From: Omnitrophica WOR_2 bacterium GWF2_43_52
GTDB taxonomy: Bacteria; Omnitrophota; Gorgyraeia; Gygaellales; UBA12090
Length of the DNA: 64,000 nt
Reading direction: 5' to 3'
Assembly (NCBI GenBank): GCA_001805445.1
Contig: MHGF01000029.1
Coordinates: 68,270 to 132,269 of the forward strand
How positions within the stretch are numbered: position 1 is the first letter of the stretch; the number at the start of each line of letters is the position of its first letter. This document shows, piece after piece, positions 48,823 through 58,963 of the stretch. The position numbers and the translations under genes were made by a program. A model generated the notes under the pieces. That model did not search any database. It saw only the letters and a program-made list of their open reading frames with translations, and was not told the origin of the DNA.

Positions 48823-49521
48823 ATGGAAGATGTCATTTTAGAGGTAGAAAAAAGAGTGGATACGGGCACGGCAAAGGTTGCTCGTTTACGCAAGAAGGCA
48901 TTGTTTCCTGCTGTAGTCTACGGGGAAGGCAAGGATCCCCTTTCCGTACAGGTAGCGGCAAAAGATTTTCTGCGCCTGATTGGGATTCATAAGGGCGAGT
49001 CTTTTGTCATTAATCTGAAGGTTAAAGACGGCGCTCGCTCGGAAAACAAATCAGTATTGATAAAACAGATACAGCATGACCCCGTTAGCGACGGCATTAT
49101 TCATGTTGATTTTCATGAGATATCATTAACCAAAACCATCAGGGTAAAAGTGCCGCTTACTGCTAAGGGCGATGCCCTCGGCGTGAAGCGAGACGGCGGC
49201 GTTTTAGACCATACCATGTGGGATCTGGAAATCGAATGCCTCCCTACGCAGATTCCCGAATCGGTTGAGGTAGACGTTTCGGATTTGAAGATTGGCGATT
49301 CGCTTCACATAAAGGATATTCGCCTGCCGCAGGGAGTAAAGGTTTTAAACGATCCTGAGTCAGTGGTCTTGGCAGTCGTTACGCCGACGAAAGAAGTGCC
49401 AGCCGCTGGTGAAGAGGCGGCAGCAGGAGAAGCTAAGGCAGAGCCCGAGGTAATCAAAGAAAAGAAGGAAAAGCCTGAAGGCGCCTCAGAAGCCGGCGGA
49501 AAGAAAGAAGAAAAGAAATAA
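48823..49521 (+). CDS. rplY: 50S ribosomal protein L25 / Ctc
   Basis: PAVVYG, IQHDPV..IIHVDF, C-terminal Ctc domain. Confidence 0.95.
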   Translation: MEDVILEVEKRVDTGTAKVARLRKKALFPAVVYGEGKDPLSVQVAAKDFLRLIGIHKGESFVINLKVKDGARSENKSVLIKQIQHDPVSDGIIHVDFHEISLTKTIRVKVPLTAKGDALGVKRDGGVLDHTMWDLEIECLPTQIPESVEVDVSDLKIGDSLHIKDIRLPQGVKVLNDPESVVLAVVTPTKEVPAAGEEAAAGEAKAEPEVIKEKKEKPEGASEAGGKKEEKK

Positions 49522-49531
49522 CTCATTTATC

Positions 49532-50119
49532 GTGGTGAAAGCGGTTGTTGGATTAGGTAATCCTGGCCAGGCATATAGAAATACCCGCCATAACCTTGGC
49601 TTTATGGTGATAGACGCGCTTCTTGAAGAATTCGAGGGCGCCCTTAAGACATCTGTAAGAGCCAAGGCGCAAAAAGCCAAAGTCCATTTTAAAAAAGAAG
49701 ATGTTGTTCTTTGTAAACCGCTGACGTATATGAATCTCTCCGGAGAGGCAGTCTTGAGGTTATCGCAAGAATTCAAGCTCCATGCCGAGGATATCCTGGT
49801 TATCTGCGATGATATCCAGGTAGCCTTGGGGAGGATAAAATTTAAGGCAAAGGGGAGTGCCGGAGGGCATAACGGGTTGGCCTCAATTATTCAATGCCTC
49901 AAGACGAGCGAGTTCCCGCGGCTGCGGATAGGGATTGCAGCCTGCCCCAGGCCGCCTGATTTAAGCGCGTACGTCTTATCGGAATTTTCAGCGCAGGAAA
50001 GAAAGGTAATGCAAGGTTCTCTGCGGAGCGCCAAGGATGCGGTGTTGTGTTGGTTAGAAGAAGGCACAGAGACGGCAATGAATAAATTTAACAGAGTAAG
50101 GGAGACAGATAATGGCTAA
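49532..50119 (+). CDS. pth: Peptidyl-tRNA hydrolase
   Basis: GLGNPG..Y..TRHN.GF, KP.TYMNLSG, GGHNGL. Confidence 0.95.
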   Translation: MVKAVVGLGNPGQAYRNTRHNLGFMVIDALLEEFEGALKTSVRAKAQKAKVHFKKEDVVLCKPLTYMNLSGEAVLRLSQEFKLHAEDILVICDDIQVALGRIKFKAKGSAGGHNGLASIIQCLKTSEFPRLRIGIAACPRPPDLSAYVLSEFSAQERKVMQGSLRSAKDAVLCWLEEGTETAMNKFNRVRETDNG

Positions 50120-50399
50120 GTATGAAGCAATGGTGATTGTAAATCCGAATCTTAACGAGGAACAGAAAAAAGAAATTTCTGCTCATGTCAGTGATGTCAT
50201 TGTCAAAAACCAGGGAGAAGTCGTCAATCTCACCGTCTGGTCAGAAAGACGAAAGCTTGCCTACCCAATGAAAAAATTTCAAGAAGGTATTTATTACCTG
50301 CTTAATTTTACGGCAGATCCGGCAAGCATCATAAAACTCAAGCAGGCCTATAAGCTTAATGAAAATATTATCAGGATGCTTATTTTACGTAATGGCTGA
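50112..50399 (+). CDS. rpsF: 30S ribosomal protein S6
   Basis: KYEAMVI..P, RKLAYP, rpsF-ssb-rpsR synteny. Confidence 0.95.
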   Translation: MAKYEAMVIVNPNLNEEQKKEISAHVSDVIVKNQGEVVNLTVWSERRKLAYPMKKFQEGIYYLLNFTADPASIIKLKQAYKLNENIIRMLILRNG

Positions 50400-50439
50400 T
50401 AGGGTATTTTTTTCTCTAGTCTAGTAAAGGAGAAGGATT

Positions 50440-50904
50440 ATGGCGAGCTTAAATAAAGTATTGCTTATAGGAAACCTGACAAAGGATCCGGAATTGCGTT
50501 ACACGCCCCAAGGTACGGCGGTAGTTAATTTAAGGCTTGCGGTAAACAGGAAGTGGAAGGATAAGGCCGGAGAACAAAGGGAGGAAGTCTGTTTTATTAC
50601 AGCGGTAGCCTGGGATAAGCAGGCTGAGGTTTGTAATCAGTACCTGCGTAAAGGCGCTCCCCTTTTTGTTGAAGGAAGGCTTCAGTCACGCTCTTGGGAT
50701 GATGCCTCAGGGCAGAAGCGCAGCGTCATAGAGGTTAGGGCGGAACGGGTCCAATTCTTGGGCCAGCCTCAAGGTGCTCAGGGCTCCAGAGGCCCCGCGG
50801 CCTCGAATGAGATGTCAAACGAAATCCCTCAAGGAGCCAGCGCGGGAGTTCCTGAGGAAAATGTTTCTTGGATGGAAGGAGATGATAGCAGTGGCAATGT
50901 ATAA
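50440..50904 (+). CDS. ssb: Single-stranded DNA-binding protein
   Basis: LNKVLLIGNLTKDPELRYT, VEGRLQSR.W. Confidence 0.96.
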   Translation: MASLNKVLLIGNLTKDPELRYTPQGTAVVNLRLAVNRKWKDKAGEQREEVCFITAVAWDKQAEVCNQYLRKGAPLFVEGRLQSRSWDDASGQKRSVIEVRAERVQFLGQPQGAQGSRGPAASNEMSNEIPQGASAGVPEENVSWMEGDDSSGNV

Positions 50905-51166
50905 AAGAGAAAGAAAAACACTCGTTAAGCGCAGAGATAAGGATTTGGAATTCGGCCCGATGCGCAAGAAATTCTGCCGTTTTTGCGTGGAAAAAGTAAA
51001 AGACATTGATTACAAAGATATTAAACGGTTGGAAAAATTCATTAATGACCGATTAAAAATGATATCCCGCAAGTATTCGGGGACATGCGCCAAGCACCAG
51101 CGCAAAGTCAGCACTGCAATCAAGCATGCCCGTTATATTGGTTTATTGCCTTATGTCCGCACCTAG
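50897..51166 (+). CDS. rpsR: 30S ribosomal protein S18
   Basis: KFCRFC, IDYKD, CAKHQR, IK.AR..GLLPY; start ATG 50897. Confidence 0.95.
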   Translation: MYKRERKTLVKRRDKDLEFGPMRKKFCRFCVEKVKDIDYKDIKRLEKFINDRLKMISRKYSGTCAKHQRKVSTAIKHARYIGLLPYVRT

Positions 51167-51207
51167 TAATAAATGTCACAACGGCCCCAAGAACGCTTGA
51201 TACGTAT

Positions 51208-51308
51208 GGATCAATAGTTTTGAGCCGCTAAGCTGATCCGCCCGCGGCGGAGATGGCCAATAGTCAAAAAAAAGAAACGATAGGCTATCGGCAATAGGCT
51301 ATAGGCCA
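51208..51308. repeat. Junction element, TAGTCTA-family variant with a nested CCGCC hairpin
   Basis: tcaatagt..tccgcccgcggcgga..ccaatagtcaa / taggcta tcggcaa taggcta taggcc. Confidence 0.65.
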
Positions 51309-51338
51309 GTAAGTATAGATTTTATAGAGGAGTAGAGT

Positions 51339-51782
51339 ATGAAAGTAATATTAAAACAAAGAGTGGAACATATAGGTAATGCCTGGGACACGGTAAGTGT
51401 CAAGGATGGTTTTGCCCGCAATTACTTGTTTCCTTTGGGGCTTGCCTTTGAGGCAACCAAGGGAAATTTGAAGATTACGCAGGATTTAGCGAATTCAAAG
51501 GCAGCGGTGCAGGAAAAAGAAAAAACCGATGCCCAGGGCTTGGCGAAAAAGCTGCAGAATGCTTCTTTTACCTTGTCCTGCGAAGCAAATGTTGATGATA
51601 AGCTTTATGGAAGCGTTGATAGCCTTGAGGTATCGAAACTTTTGGTAAGCGAAGGCTATACCATTGATAAAAAAAATATACTTTTAGACGAGCCGATAAA
51701 GTCTCTCGGTGTCTACGAAATTCCTCTCAAGCTGCATCCGGAAGTTGTATCAAAAATCAAGGTGTGGGTAGTTAAGAAATAA
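51339..51782 (+). CDS. rplI: 50S ribosomal protein L9
   Basis: MKVIL, VKDGFARNYL.P, KLYGSV, IKSLG, LHPEV. Confidence 0.96.
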   Translation: MKVILKQRVEHIGNAWDTVSVKDGFARNYLFPLGLAFEATKGNLKITQDLANSKAAVQEKEKTDAQGLAKKLQNASFTLSCEANVDDKLYGSVDSLEVSKLLVSEGYTIDKKNILLDEPIKSLGVYEIPLKLHPEVVSKIKVWVVKK

Positions 51783-51894
51783 GCTTACAATCCTAAAGAG
51801 GTTACGCTTCGGCTTCCGCGAGGAGCCTCGCGGAAGCCGCCAGGTTTTTAGCGCTGATGGCAAGCCGTGGCTATCTTCGTTTAACCATATAAAA

Positions 51895-53235
51895 ATGCCC
51901 TCCGACCTTATCTTAGAAAAAATCCCTCCGCAAAATCTTGAAGCAGAAATGGCAGTCTTGGGTTCGATGCTTATTGATGAAGAAGCCATTGCCACTGCGA
52001 TAGAGACGCTTTCCTCGGAATTCTTTTATAAGGAGAGCCATCGGGCTGTTTATAACTGCATCTTAAACCTTTTTAATCACAATAAGGCTGTTGACCTTAT
52101 TACTATCTGCGATGATTTAAAAAAACAGGAACTTTTAGAGCAGATTGGCGGCTCAAGCTATATCGCGTCTTTGGTTAACACTGTTCCCACCTCAGCAAAC
52201 ATTCACCACTACGCGTCTATTGTCCGCGAGAAAGCAATCCTGAGGGCCCTCATTAATAATTCTACCCGGATTATCAATGATGCCTTTAATGCCGAAGGCA
52301 ATATTGAGCAGGTTTTGGATAATGCTGAGCGGCTCATCTTTGAAATCCGCGATCAGCGTAAATCCTCAGCGATTGTCCCGCTCAAGGAAATCATTAAGGA
52401 TTCTATTGAAGCTATCGATAAGCTTTATCAGAAAAAAGAGCATGTTACCGGGATCGCGACTGGTTACGCGGATTTTGATGTCAAGACCGCGGGGCTGCAG
52501 CCTTCGGATTTAATCATTGTTGCCGGCAGGCCTTCAATGGGAAAGAGTGCCTTTGCCATCGGTATGATAGAATACGCCAGCGTCATCGATAAAGTGCCGA
52601 CCGCTTTTTTCAGCCTGGAAATGTCCAAGGAGCAATTGGTGCAGCGGCTTCTGTGTTCTCACGCGAGGGTAGATGCCCATAAGGTGCGTACGGGCTTTTT
52701 GTCGGTTTCCGACTGGCCAAAACTTACCGCTGCCGCGGGAAAACTTTCAGAGGCATCTATTTTTATCGATGATACCCCGGGTATCTCGGTTATGGAATTA
52801 AGGGCCAAGGCCCGCAGGCTCAAGGCGCATTATGGCATTAAGCTGCTTGTCCTGGATTATTTACAGCTTATGCGCGGCTCAGGAAGGATTGAAAGCAGGC
52901 AGCAGGAAATCTCGGAGATTTCCCGTTCCTTAAAAGCGCTTGCCCGCGAGTTGGATGTGCCGGTCATTGCCATAAGCCAGTTGTCCCGGGCTGTTGAGTC
53001 AAGGACCGACCATAAGCCTCAACTTTCTGATTTACGGGAATCAGGGGCCATCGAGCAGGATGCTGATGTCGTGGTATTATTGATGCGCGAGGAATATTAT
53101 AACCCTACGGAAGAAAATAAAGGTATTGCCGAGATAAATATCGCCAAGCAGCGTAACGGCCCCGTAGGCTCTTTTAATCTGGCGTTTATCCGCGAATATA
53201 CCCGTTTTGAAAACCTTGCCCGTCCCGGCGAGTAA
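51895..53235 (+). CDS. dnaB: Replicative DNA helicase
   Basis: PPQNLEAE, GRPSMGKS, DYLQL, DLRESGAIEQDAD, KQRNGP; no intein. Confidence 0.97.
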   Translation: MPSDLILEKIPPQNLEAEMAVLGSMLIDEEAIATAIETLSSEFFYKESHRAVYNCILNLFNHNKAVDLITICDDLKKQELLEQIGGSSYIASLVNTVPTSANIHHYASIVREKAILRALINNSTRIINDAFNAEGNIEQVLDNAERLIFEIRDQRKSSAIVPLKEIIKDSIEAIDKLYQKKEHVTGIATGYADFDVKTAGLQPSDLIIVAGRPSMGKSAFAIGMIEYASVIDKVPTAFFSLEMSKEQLVQRLLCSHARVDAHKVRTGFLSVSDWPKLTAAAGKLSEASIFIDDTPGISVMELRAKARRLKAHYGIKLLVLDYLQLMRGSGRIESRQQEISEISRSLKALARELDVPVIAISQLSRAVESRTDHKPQLSDLRESGAIEQDADVVVLLMREEYYNPTEENKGIAEINIAKQRNGPVGSFNLAFIREYTRFENLARPGE

Positions 53236-53241
53236 TAAGTA

Positions 53242-53270
53242 TTGATTTTTTATTTTGTATTTATTATAAT
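53242..53270 (+). promoter_or_regulatory. Sigma70-type promoter of the bamA-lpx operon
   Basis: TTGATT-N17-TATAAT. Confidence 0.6.
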
Positions 53271-53344
53271 AAACAGATTATAGGGAAATTATCATAGCTG
53301 CAGGAAGCAAGACCACCGGATTCTTTACCAGATAAAGGAGAGCC

Positions 53345-55837
53345 TTGAAGATAAAACGATATGTTGTTATCGGTATGCTTATTTTGGCGCCTTTTGCCAA
53401 TGCGTACGCGCAAGCGGAAAACAAAGCAATAGATGAGGGAGCTCCCCAGGCCAAAGAACGAGAAGACGCGATTTCTTCGACGCTGAGTGCCATAGATACC
53501 GCTCAAAAACTTAAAGAGGGCGTAGAGAGGGAGAATCGTTTAGCCCAGGCGCTGAGTGAGCCGCGGGAATCATCTTCCAGCGCGGAGCCGGCAAAACCGG
53601 TTGAAAAAAAAGTTACCGCTATTGAAGTTAAGGGAAACAAATCTATCAGTACCACGGTTATCCTTTCCAAAATAAAAACCAAAGCGGGGATGACGTATTC
53701 TACCACTATTATCAGTGACGATATTAAGCGTCTTAATGAGCTGGGGTATTTTAGCGATATCAAGATTGATACGCAGGATTATCAGGACGGCTTAAAGGTT
53801 TTTATCATTGTGGTAGAGAAATCATTGGTGGAAAAGATTATTTTCAAAGGGTATTTCTCGCGGATTATCAGGGAAGAAAACCTCCGGGAGACCATTAAAT
53901 CAAAAGAGGGGCAGTATCTGGATGAGGTGCAAGTGCGGGAGGATATCGCTACGATTAGGGACCTCTGTATCAAAAAAGGCCATTCTCAGGTAGAGGTGAC
54001 TCAGAAGGCGGAGCTTAATCCCCAGACGAATAAGACGATTCTTACCATTACTATTGAAACCGGGAAAAGGATTAGAATTAGGAAAATTGATTTCAAAGGC
54101 AATGCCGTCGTTAAGTCAAGAAAATTGCTGAGGCTTATTAAGAGCCGCAAGGCCGCGCTTTTTTCCTCAGGGTTTTATAAGGAAGAGCTCTTAAAGGATG
54201 ATATTGAAAGGCTCAAATCCTATTACCGCAGGCTCGGTTATACCGATATAAAAGTAGATTACGAAACCGGATACGACGCGAAAAAGGGAACAATGTTTCT
54301 CATTTTTAACCTTAGCGAAGGGAGAAAATATATCGTCGGCCAGGTATATGCCAAGGACAACACGGTACTGAGCGAAGAAGAGATACGAAAGTCGCTTAAG
54401 GTGGTTACTCCGGGGAAAGTTTTTAGCCCTGAGGCTATGCAGGAAGACGCGGGGAATATTCAGAGCATTTATTTTGATCAAGGGTATATTTTTGTGCAGG
54501 TTAATGAGTCAAGTTACCTTAATCCGGAGACTGATAAGGTAGATGTTACCTATAGTATCAATGAAGGGGTTATCGGGTATGTGGATAAGATTAAAATACG
54601 GGGTAATATAAAAACCAAGGACGTGGTGATCCGGAGAGAATTAAGGATATTCCCCGGTGAGCGTTTTGACGGTAATAAGCTTAAGCGCAGTAAAGAACGC
54701 CTGCAAAACTTAGGTTTCTTTGAGGACGTCAGCTATGACATAGAGCCTTCGGTAACGGGTGAGCCGAACAAACGGAATCTCCTCGTTGATGTCAAAGAGT
54801 CAAAAACCGGAGAATTCAGCTTTGGCGGCGGATATAGTTCGGTAGATAAGCTCATTGGTTTTGTAGAAATAGCCCAGAAAAATTTTGATTGGAAAAATTT
54901 TCCTTATTTTACCGGTGGCGGCCAGGATCTGCGGCTGCGGGCTGAGCTTGGCTCAATCTCCCAGAATTTCGAACTCAGTTTTACCGAGCCATGGATGTGG
55001 AATTATCCTATCTCTTTTGGTTTTGATGGTTACCATAGAGAGCGGGATAGGGAAACCGATGTGGGTTATGGCTATAATGAAAAGCGCAGCGGAGGTGACC
55101 TGCGGATAGGGAAAGAGCTTAATGAATACCTGCGGGCTAACGCGATGTATCGTCTGGAGAAGGTGGATATTTCGAGCGTTTCGGATGAGGCTACCAGTGA
55201 CCTTAAGAAAGAGATAGGCTCAAATATCATCAGCTCGCTGCAAGTAGGCTTAACCAAGGATACTCGGGACAATATCTACAGCCCGTCGACAGGCTATGTA
55301 TTGGCAGGCAGCGCTGAGGTTGCCGGAGGGCCATTTTTTGGGGATAAGGATTTTACGAAAGTCACCACTACCGCCAGTAAATACTTTGGGCTCATAAAAT
55401 CTTCCACCATTGAATTCAGGCTGCGGGCTGGGTTTGCTGACGCGTTCGGTGACTCTAAAGATTTGCCTATCTATGAGCGTTTTTATGCTGGTGGCGCCTA
55501 TAGTATTAGGGGCTATCACGAGAGAAAGGTCGGCCCTGTGGACAGTGTTTCTAAAGACCCTATTGGCGGAGAATCAATGCTCATCGGGAATATAGAATAT
55601 TTGTATCCGTTGATTGATATTTTAAAGCTGGCTATTTTTTATGATGTGGGAAATGTCTGGGCGAAGATTGATGATTTTGGCTCTGGCGGCTATAAGTCAG
55701 GGATGGGTTTGGGTATACGGCTTAAGACTCCTATCGGGCCGTTACGCTTAGACTACGGCATTCCCTTAAGCAAAGAGCCGGGTGAACCGGAAAAAGGCGA
55801 TGGGAGATTCCATTTTAGCTTAAGCCATGGGTTTTAG
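53345..55837 (+). CDS. bamA: Outer membrane protein assembly factor BamA
   Basis: POTRA repeats, GNIKTKDVVIRRE, IRGY, PIGPLRLDYG, terminal F. Confidence 0.95.
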   Translation: MKIKRYVVIGMLILAPFANAYAQAENKAIDEGAPQAKEREDAISSTLSAIDTAQKLKEGVERENRLAQALSEPRESSSSAEPAKPVEKKVTAIEVKGNKSISTTVILSKIKTKAGMTYSTTIISDDIKRLNELGYFSDIKIDTQDYQDGLKVFIIVVEKSLVEKIIFKGYFSRIIREENLRETIKSKEGQYLDEVQVREDIATIRDLCIKKGHSQVEVTQKAELNPQTNKTILTITIETGKRIRIRKIDFKGNAVVKSRKLLRLIKSRKAALFSSGFYKEELLKDDIERLKSYYRRLGYTDIKVDYETGYDAKKGTMFLIFNLSEGRKYIVGQVYAKDNTVLSEEEIRKSLKVVTPGKVFSPEAMQEDAGNIQSIYFDQGYIFVQVNESSYLNPETDKVDVTYSINEGVIGYVDKIKIRGNIKTKDVVIRRELRIFPGERFDGNKLKRSKERLQNLGFFEDVSYDIEPSVTGEPNKRNLLVDVKESKTGEFSFGGGYSSVDKLIGFVEIAQKNFDWKNFPYFTGGGQDLRLRAELGSISQNFELSFTEPWMWNYPISFGFDGYHRERDRETDVGYGYNEKRSGGDLRIGKELNEYLRANAMYRLEKVDISSVSDEATSDLKKEIGSNIISSLQVGLTKDTRDNIYSPSTGYVLAGSAEVAGGPFFGDKDFTKVTTTASKYFGLIKSSTIEFRLRAGFADAFGDSKDLPIYERFYAGGAYSIRGYHERKVGPVDSVSKDPIGGESMLIGNIEYLYPLIDILKLAIFYDVGNVWAKIDDFGSGGYKSGMGLGIRLKTPIGPLRLDYGIPLSKEPGEPEKGDGRFHFSLSHGF

Positions 55838-55938
55838 GAATAACGATTGGTATGAAATGGTGTGTTTTGTATAGGAGAGACTGTTTATTAGCAGCGGGAA
55901 AGTTTTTATAAAAACAGTACGTATAAGGGAGGAGAAAA

Positions 55939-56481
55939 ATGAAGAAGGGTAGTTTAGTAATAGCTGTGGCAGTGGTATGCTTTGGGGCATGGGTAAGTTC
56001 CGCTTTCGCGGTTGACAAGATAGGCTATGTTGATGTAGGCAAACTTTTTGATGAATATCCGAAGACAAAAGAGTACGATAAAAACCTTGAGTCAAAGTCA
56101 AGCCTCTATGAGAAGGACCGGGACGCCAAGATTTCCGAGATAAAGCAAATGCAGGAAAAGCTTAGCCTGCTCTCTGACGCGGAAAAAGAGAAAAAAGAAA
56201 AAGAACTGCAGGATAAAATAAAATCAGTGAAAGATTTCGCCTTTTCCAAAGAAAGCGATCTGAAGAAAGAAAGAGACGACAGGTTAAAAGAGGTTCTCAA
56301 TGATATTGAAGGCGCGGTTAAGCAATATGCCCAGAAGGAAGGCTACACCATGGTGTTTAACGACCGTGTCTTTATGTATAAGACTAACGTAAACGATATA
56401 ACGGATAAAGTCTTAGAGGTACTGCAGTCCGGGTATAAGAAATCAGCGCCTCCGGCCGCGGCAGTTAAAAAGGCTAATTAG
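55939..56481 (+). CDS. skp: OmpH/Skp periplasmic chaperone
   Basis: KIGYVD, coiled coil, DITDKVL; follows bamA. Confidence 0.9.
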   Translation: MKKGSLVIAVAVVCFGAWVSSAFAVDKIGYVDVGKLFDEYPKTKEYDKNLESKSSLYEKDRDAKISEIKQMQEKLSLLSDAEKEKKEKELQDKIKSVKDFAFSKESDLKKERDDRLKEVLNDIEGAVKQYAQKEGYTMVFNDRVFMYKTNVNDITDKVLEVLQSGYKKSAPPAAAVKKAN

Positions 56482-56600
56482 TAACCACTGAAAAAGTGGT
56501 AACTAATTAGTCAGTATCTCTTTTCCAGGATGCGGCCTGATTTTGTTTTTGAGAGATGTTTTTAGTCAGCCGGTTGCGACCATAGGGATAATAGGTGGTT

Positions 56601-57638
56601 ATGAAAAGTACCTTGGGTGAAATTACCAAGCTTATTGACGGTGAATTGATAGGAGACCCCGGGATTGTTATTACCGGGGTCTGCGGGATAAAGGAGGCCA
56701 AACAAGGCGATATTACCTTTCTTGCCAATCCCCGTTATACGAATCTCATAGAAGAAACAAAGGCTTCGGCAATTATTACTTCCCGGGAATTTTCCCATAG
56801 CGCCAAGCCTATTATCCGGACGGAAAATCCCTCTTTTGCTTTTGCCAAGATAGTTTCATACGCCTATCCATCCTCCCGAGTGGCGTACCAGGGCATACAT
56901 CCGAGTGCCATTATCGGTAAGAACGTTATCCTCGGTAAGGATGTGGCGTTAGCCCCCTATGTCGTCATAGAAGATGACGCGGTAATCGGCGATAAGACGG
57001 TTATTTATCCGGGTTGTTTTATAGGCTATGAAACAGTTATCGGCAGCGAGTGTTTACTGTATCCTAATGTTTCAATACGGGAAAGAACCCGTATTGGCAG
57101 CCGGGTGATTATTCATAGCGGCACAGTGGTTGGTTCAGATGGTTTTGGTTTTGCCGATGTCAGTGGTGTGCATGAAAAGATTCCCCAGGTAGGGATTGTT
57201 GAGATACAGGATGATGTGGAAATCGGGGCTAACGTGGCTATTGACCGGGCGCGTTTTGATAAAACGGTAATCGGCAAAGGAACAAAAATTGATAATCTTG
57301 TGCAGATTGCGCATAATGTAATTATAGGAGAGCATTCACTTATTATAGCGCAGGCAGGTATCTCAGGAAGCACTGTAATCGGCAATAAAGTGATTTTAGC
57401 GGGGCAGGCAGGCCTTGTCGGGCATATCAGCGTAGGGGATGGCGCCGTGGTTGCCGCTCAGGCGGGTGTAACCAAGTCGGTTGCGGCACATACCGTTGTT
57501 TCAGGCTATCCCGCGAGAGCGCATGGAGAAGCAAAGAAGATTAACGCGTATGTACAAAAGCTCCCCCAGCTTTCCGAAACGATTTCAGACCTAAAAAAAC
57601 GCGTGAAGGAATTGGAAGAAAGGATACATAAAGGCTAA
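56601..57638 (+). CDS. lpxD: UDP-3-O-acyl-glucosamine N-acyltransferase
   Basis: ITFLAN..Y, GSDGFGF, KIDNLVQIAHN; start 56601 or 56595. Confidence 0.95.
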   Translation: MKSTLGEITKLIDGELIGDPGIVITGVCGIKEAKQGDITFLANPRYTNLIEETKASAIITSREFSHSAKPIIRTENPSFAFAKIVSYAYPSSRVAYQGIHPSAIIGKNVILGKDVALAPYVVIEDDAVIGDKTVIYPGCFIGYETVIGSECLLYPNVSIRERTRIGSRVIIHSGTVVGSDGFGFADVSGVHEKIPQVGIVEIQDDVEIGANVAIDRARFDKTVIGKGTKIDNLVQIAHNVIIGEHSLIIAQAGISGSTVIGNKVILAGQAGLVGHISVGDGAVVAAQAGVTKSVAAHTVVSGYPARAHGEAKKINAYVQKLPQLSETISDLKKRVKELEERIHKG

Positions 57639-57640
57639 GC

Positions 57641-58963
57641 ATGGAGCTTTTACAGAAGACCATAAAAAATCAGGCAGTAATCTCCGGGGTAGGGCTGCAT
57701 ACGGGTAATAAAGTCACTATGGTTTTTAAGCCTCTGGCGGTAAACAGCGGGATACAGTTTACGCGTAGTGATATAAAAGATAAACCGTTGATAAAAGCTG
57801 ACTACCAGCACCTTTTGGCCCTCAACCGTACTTTACGCCGGACATCGCTGGGAATCGGCAGCGAGATTGAGATTCAGACGATAGAGCATTTAATGGCAAC
57901 CATATCCGGGCTGCAGATAGATAACTTGCTTATTGAAATCGATAATAATGAGATTCCCGGGATGGATGGATCAGGCCTTGAGTTTCTCAATGCCTTAAAG
58001 GGCGCGGGGATTATTGAACAGGATGCTGCGCGTAAGTTTTTTTCGCTTAAGGAGCCTATTTGCGTTGAGGAAGATTCTTGTTTGATTGTGGCGTTACCGG
58101 CAAGCGACTATAGTATCCGTTACACCTTAAGCTTTAACCATCCTTTACTCAGGGCGCAGTATATGGAGCTGGCGATAACACAGGAGAATTTTGAAAAAGA
58201 GCTCGCCTGCGCGCGTACCTTTTGCCTTCAGGCAGAAGCGCAAGGCCTGCAGAACCAGGGTTTAGGAAAAGGCGCTAATTATCAAAACACACTGGTGGTA
58301 GGTGAAAAAGAGGTTATCAAAAACACCCTGCGTTTTCCTGATGAATTTGTGCGGCACAAGATTTTTGATTTGATGGGGGACCTTTCTCTTCTGGGAGTAC
58401 CGCTTAAGGCAAAGATTATTGCCGTTAAGAGCGGCCATTCCCTGAACCTGAAACTGCTTCATAAAATACAGCAGCAGAAGGTCAAATACGATGCCGGAAG
58501 CATTGCCTTCGGGGCTATCCCCAAAGACGGCGAACCTATTGATGCCGCGGCCATTATGAAGATACTGCCCCATCGCTATCCCTTTCTTTTAGTGGATAAG
58601 ATTATTTCTCTGGAAAAAGGAAAACGCGCGGTAGGCATTAAAAATGTGACGGTGAATGAACATTTCTTTGTCGGGCATTTTCCCGGGAAGCCGGTCATGC
58701 CCGGAGTGCTCATTATAGAGGCCATGGCTCAGGTAGGCGGAGTGATGATGCTTTCTCCCGAAGAAAACAGGGGTAAGCTCGCGTTCTTTATGGCCGCCAA
58801 TGACGTGAAATTCAGAAAACCGGTATTGCCCGGGGATCAGCTTATGATCGAGGTCACCGTCGGTAAAATAAAGTCAAGGACCGGGCAGGTATTTGCCAAG
58901 GCATATGTAGACGGAAAAGTTGCCACGGAAGGCGAATTGATGTTTGCGTTAGTTGAGGGATAG
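57641..58963 (+). CDS. lpxC: Bifunctional LpxC / FabZ
   Basis: GVGLHTG, TIEHLMA, RHKIFDLMGDL, then LPHRYPFLLVD and GHFPG.PVMPGVL..EAMAQ. Confidence 0.94.
   Translation: MELLQKTIKNQAVISGVGLHTGNKVTMVFKPLAVNSGIQFTRSDIKDKPLIKADYQHLLALNRTLRRTSLGIGSEIEIQTIEHLMATISGLQIDNLLIEIDNNEIPGMDGSGLEFLNALKGAGIIEQDAARKFFSLKEPICVEEDSCLIVALPASDYSIRYTLSFNHPLLRAQYMELAITQENFEKELACARTFCLQAEAQGLQNQGLGKGANYQNTLVVGEKEVIKNTLRFPDEFVRHKIFDLMGDLSLLGVPLKAKIIAVKSGHSLNLKLLHKIQQQKVKYDAGSIAFGAIPKDGEPIDAAAIMKILPHRYPFLLVDKIISLEKGKRAVGIKNVTVNEHFFVGHFPGKPVMPGVLIIEAMAQVGGVMMLSPEENRGKLAFFMAANDVKFRKPVLPGDQLMIEVTVGKIKSRTGQVFAKAYVDGKVATEGELMFALVEG

Noticed and set aside
57641-58963. LpxC-FabZ fusion as a novelty
   Set aside because: Already known from Bacteroidota and other lineages
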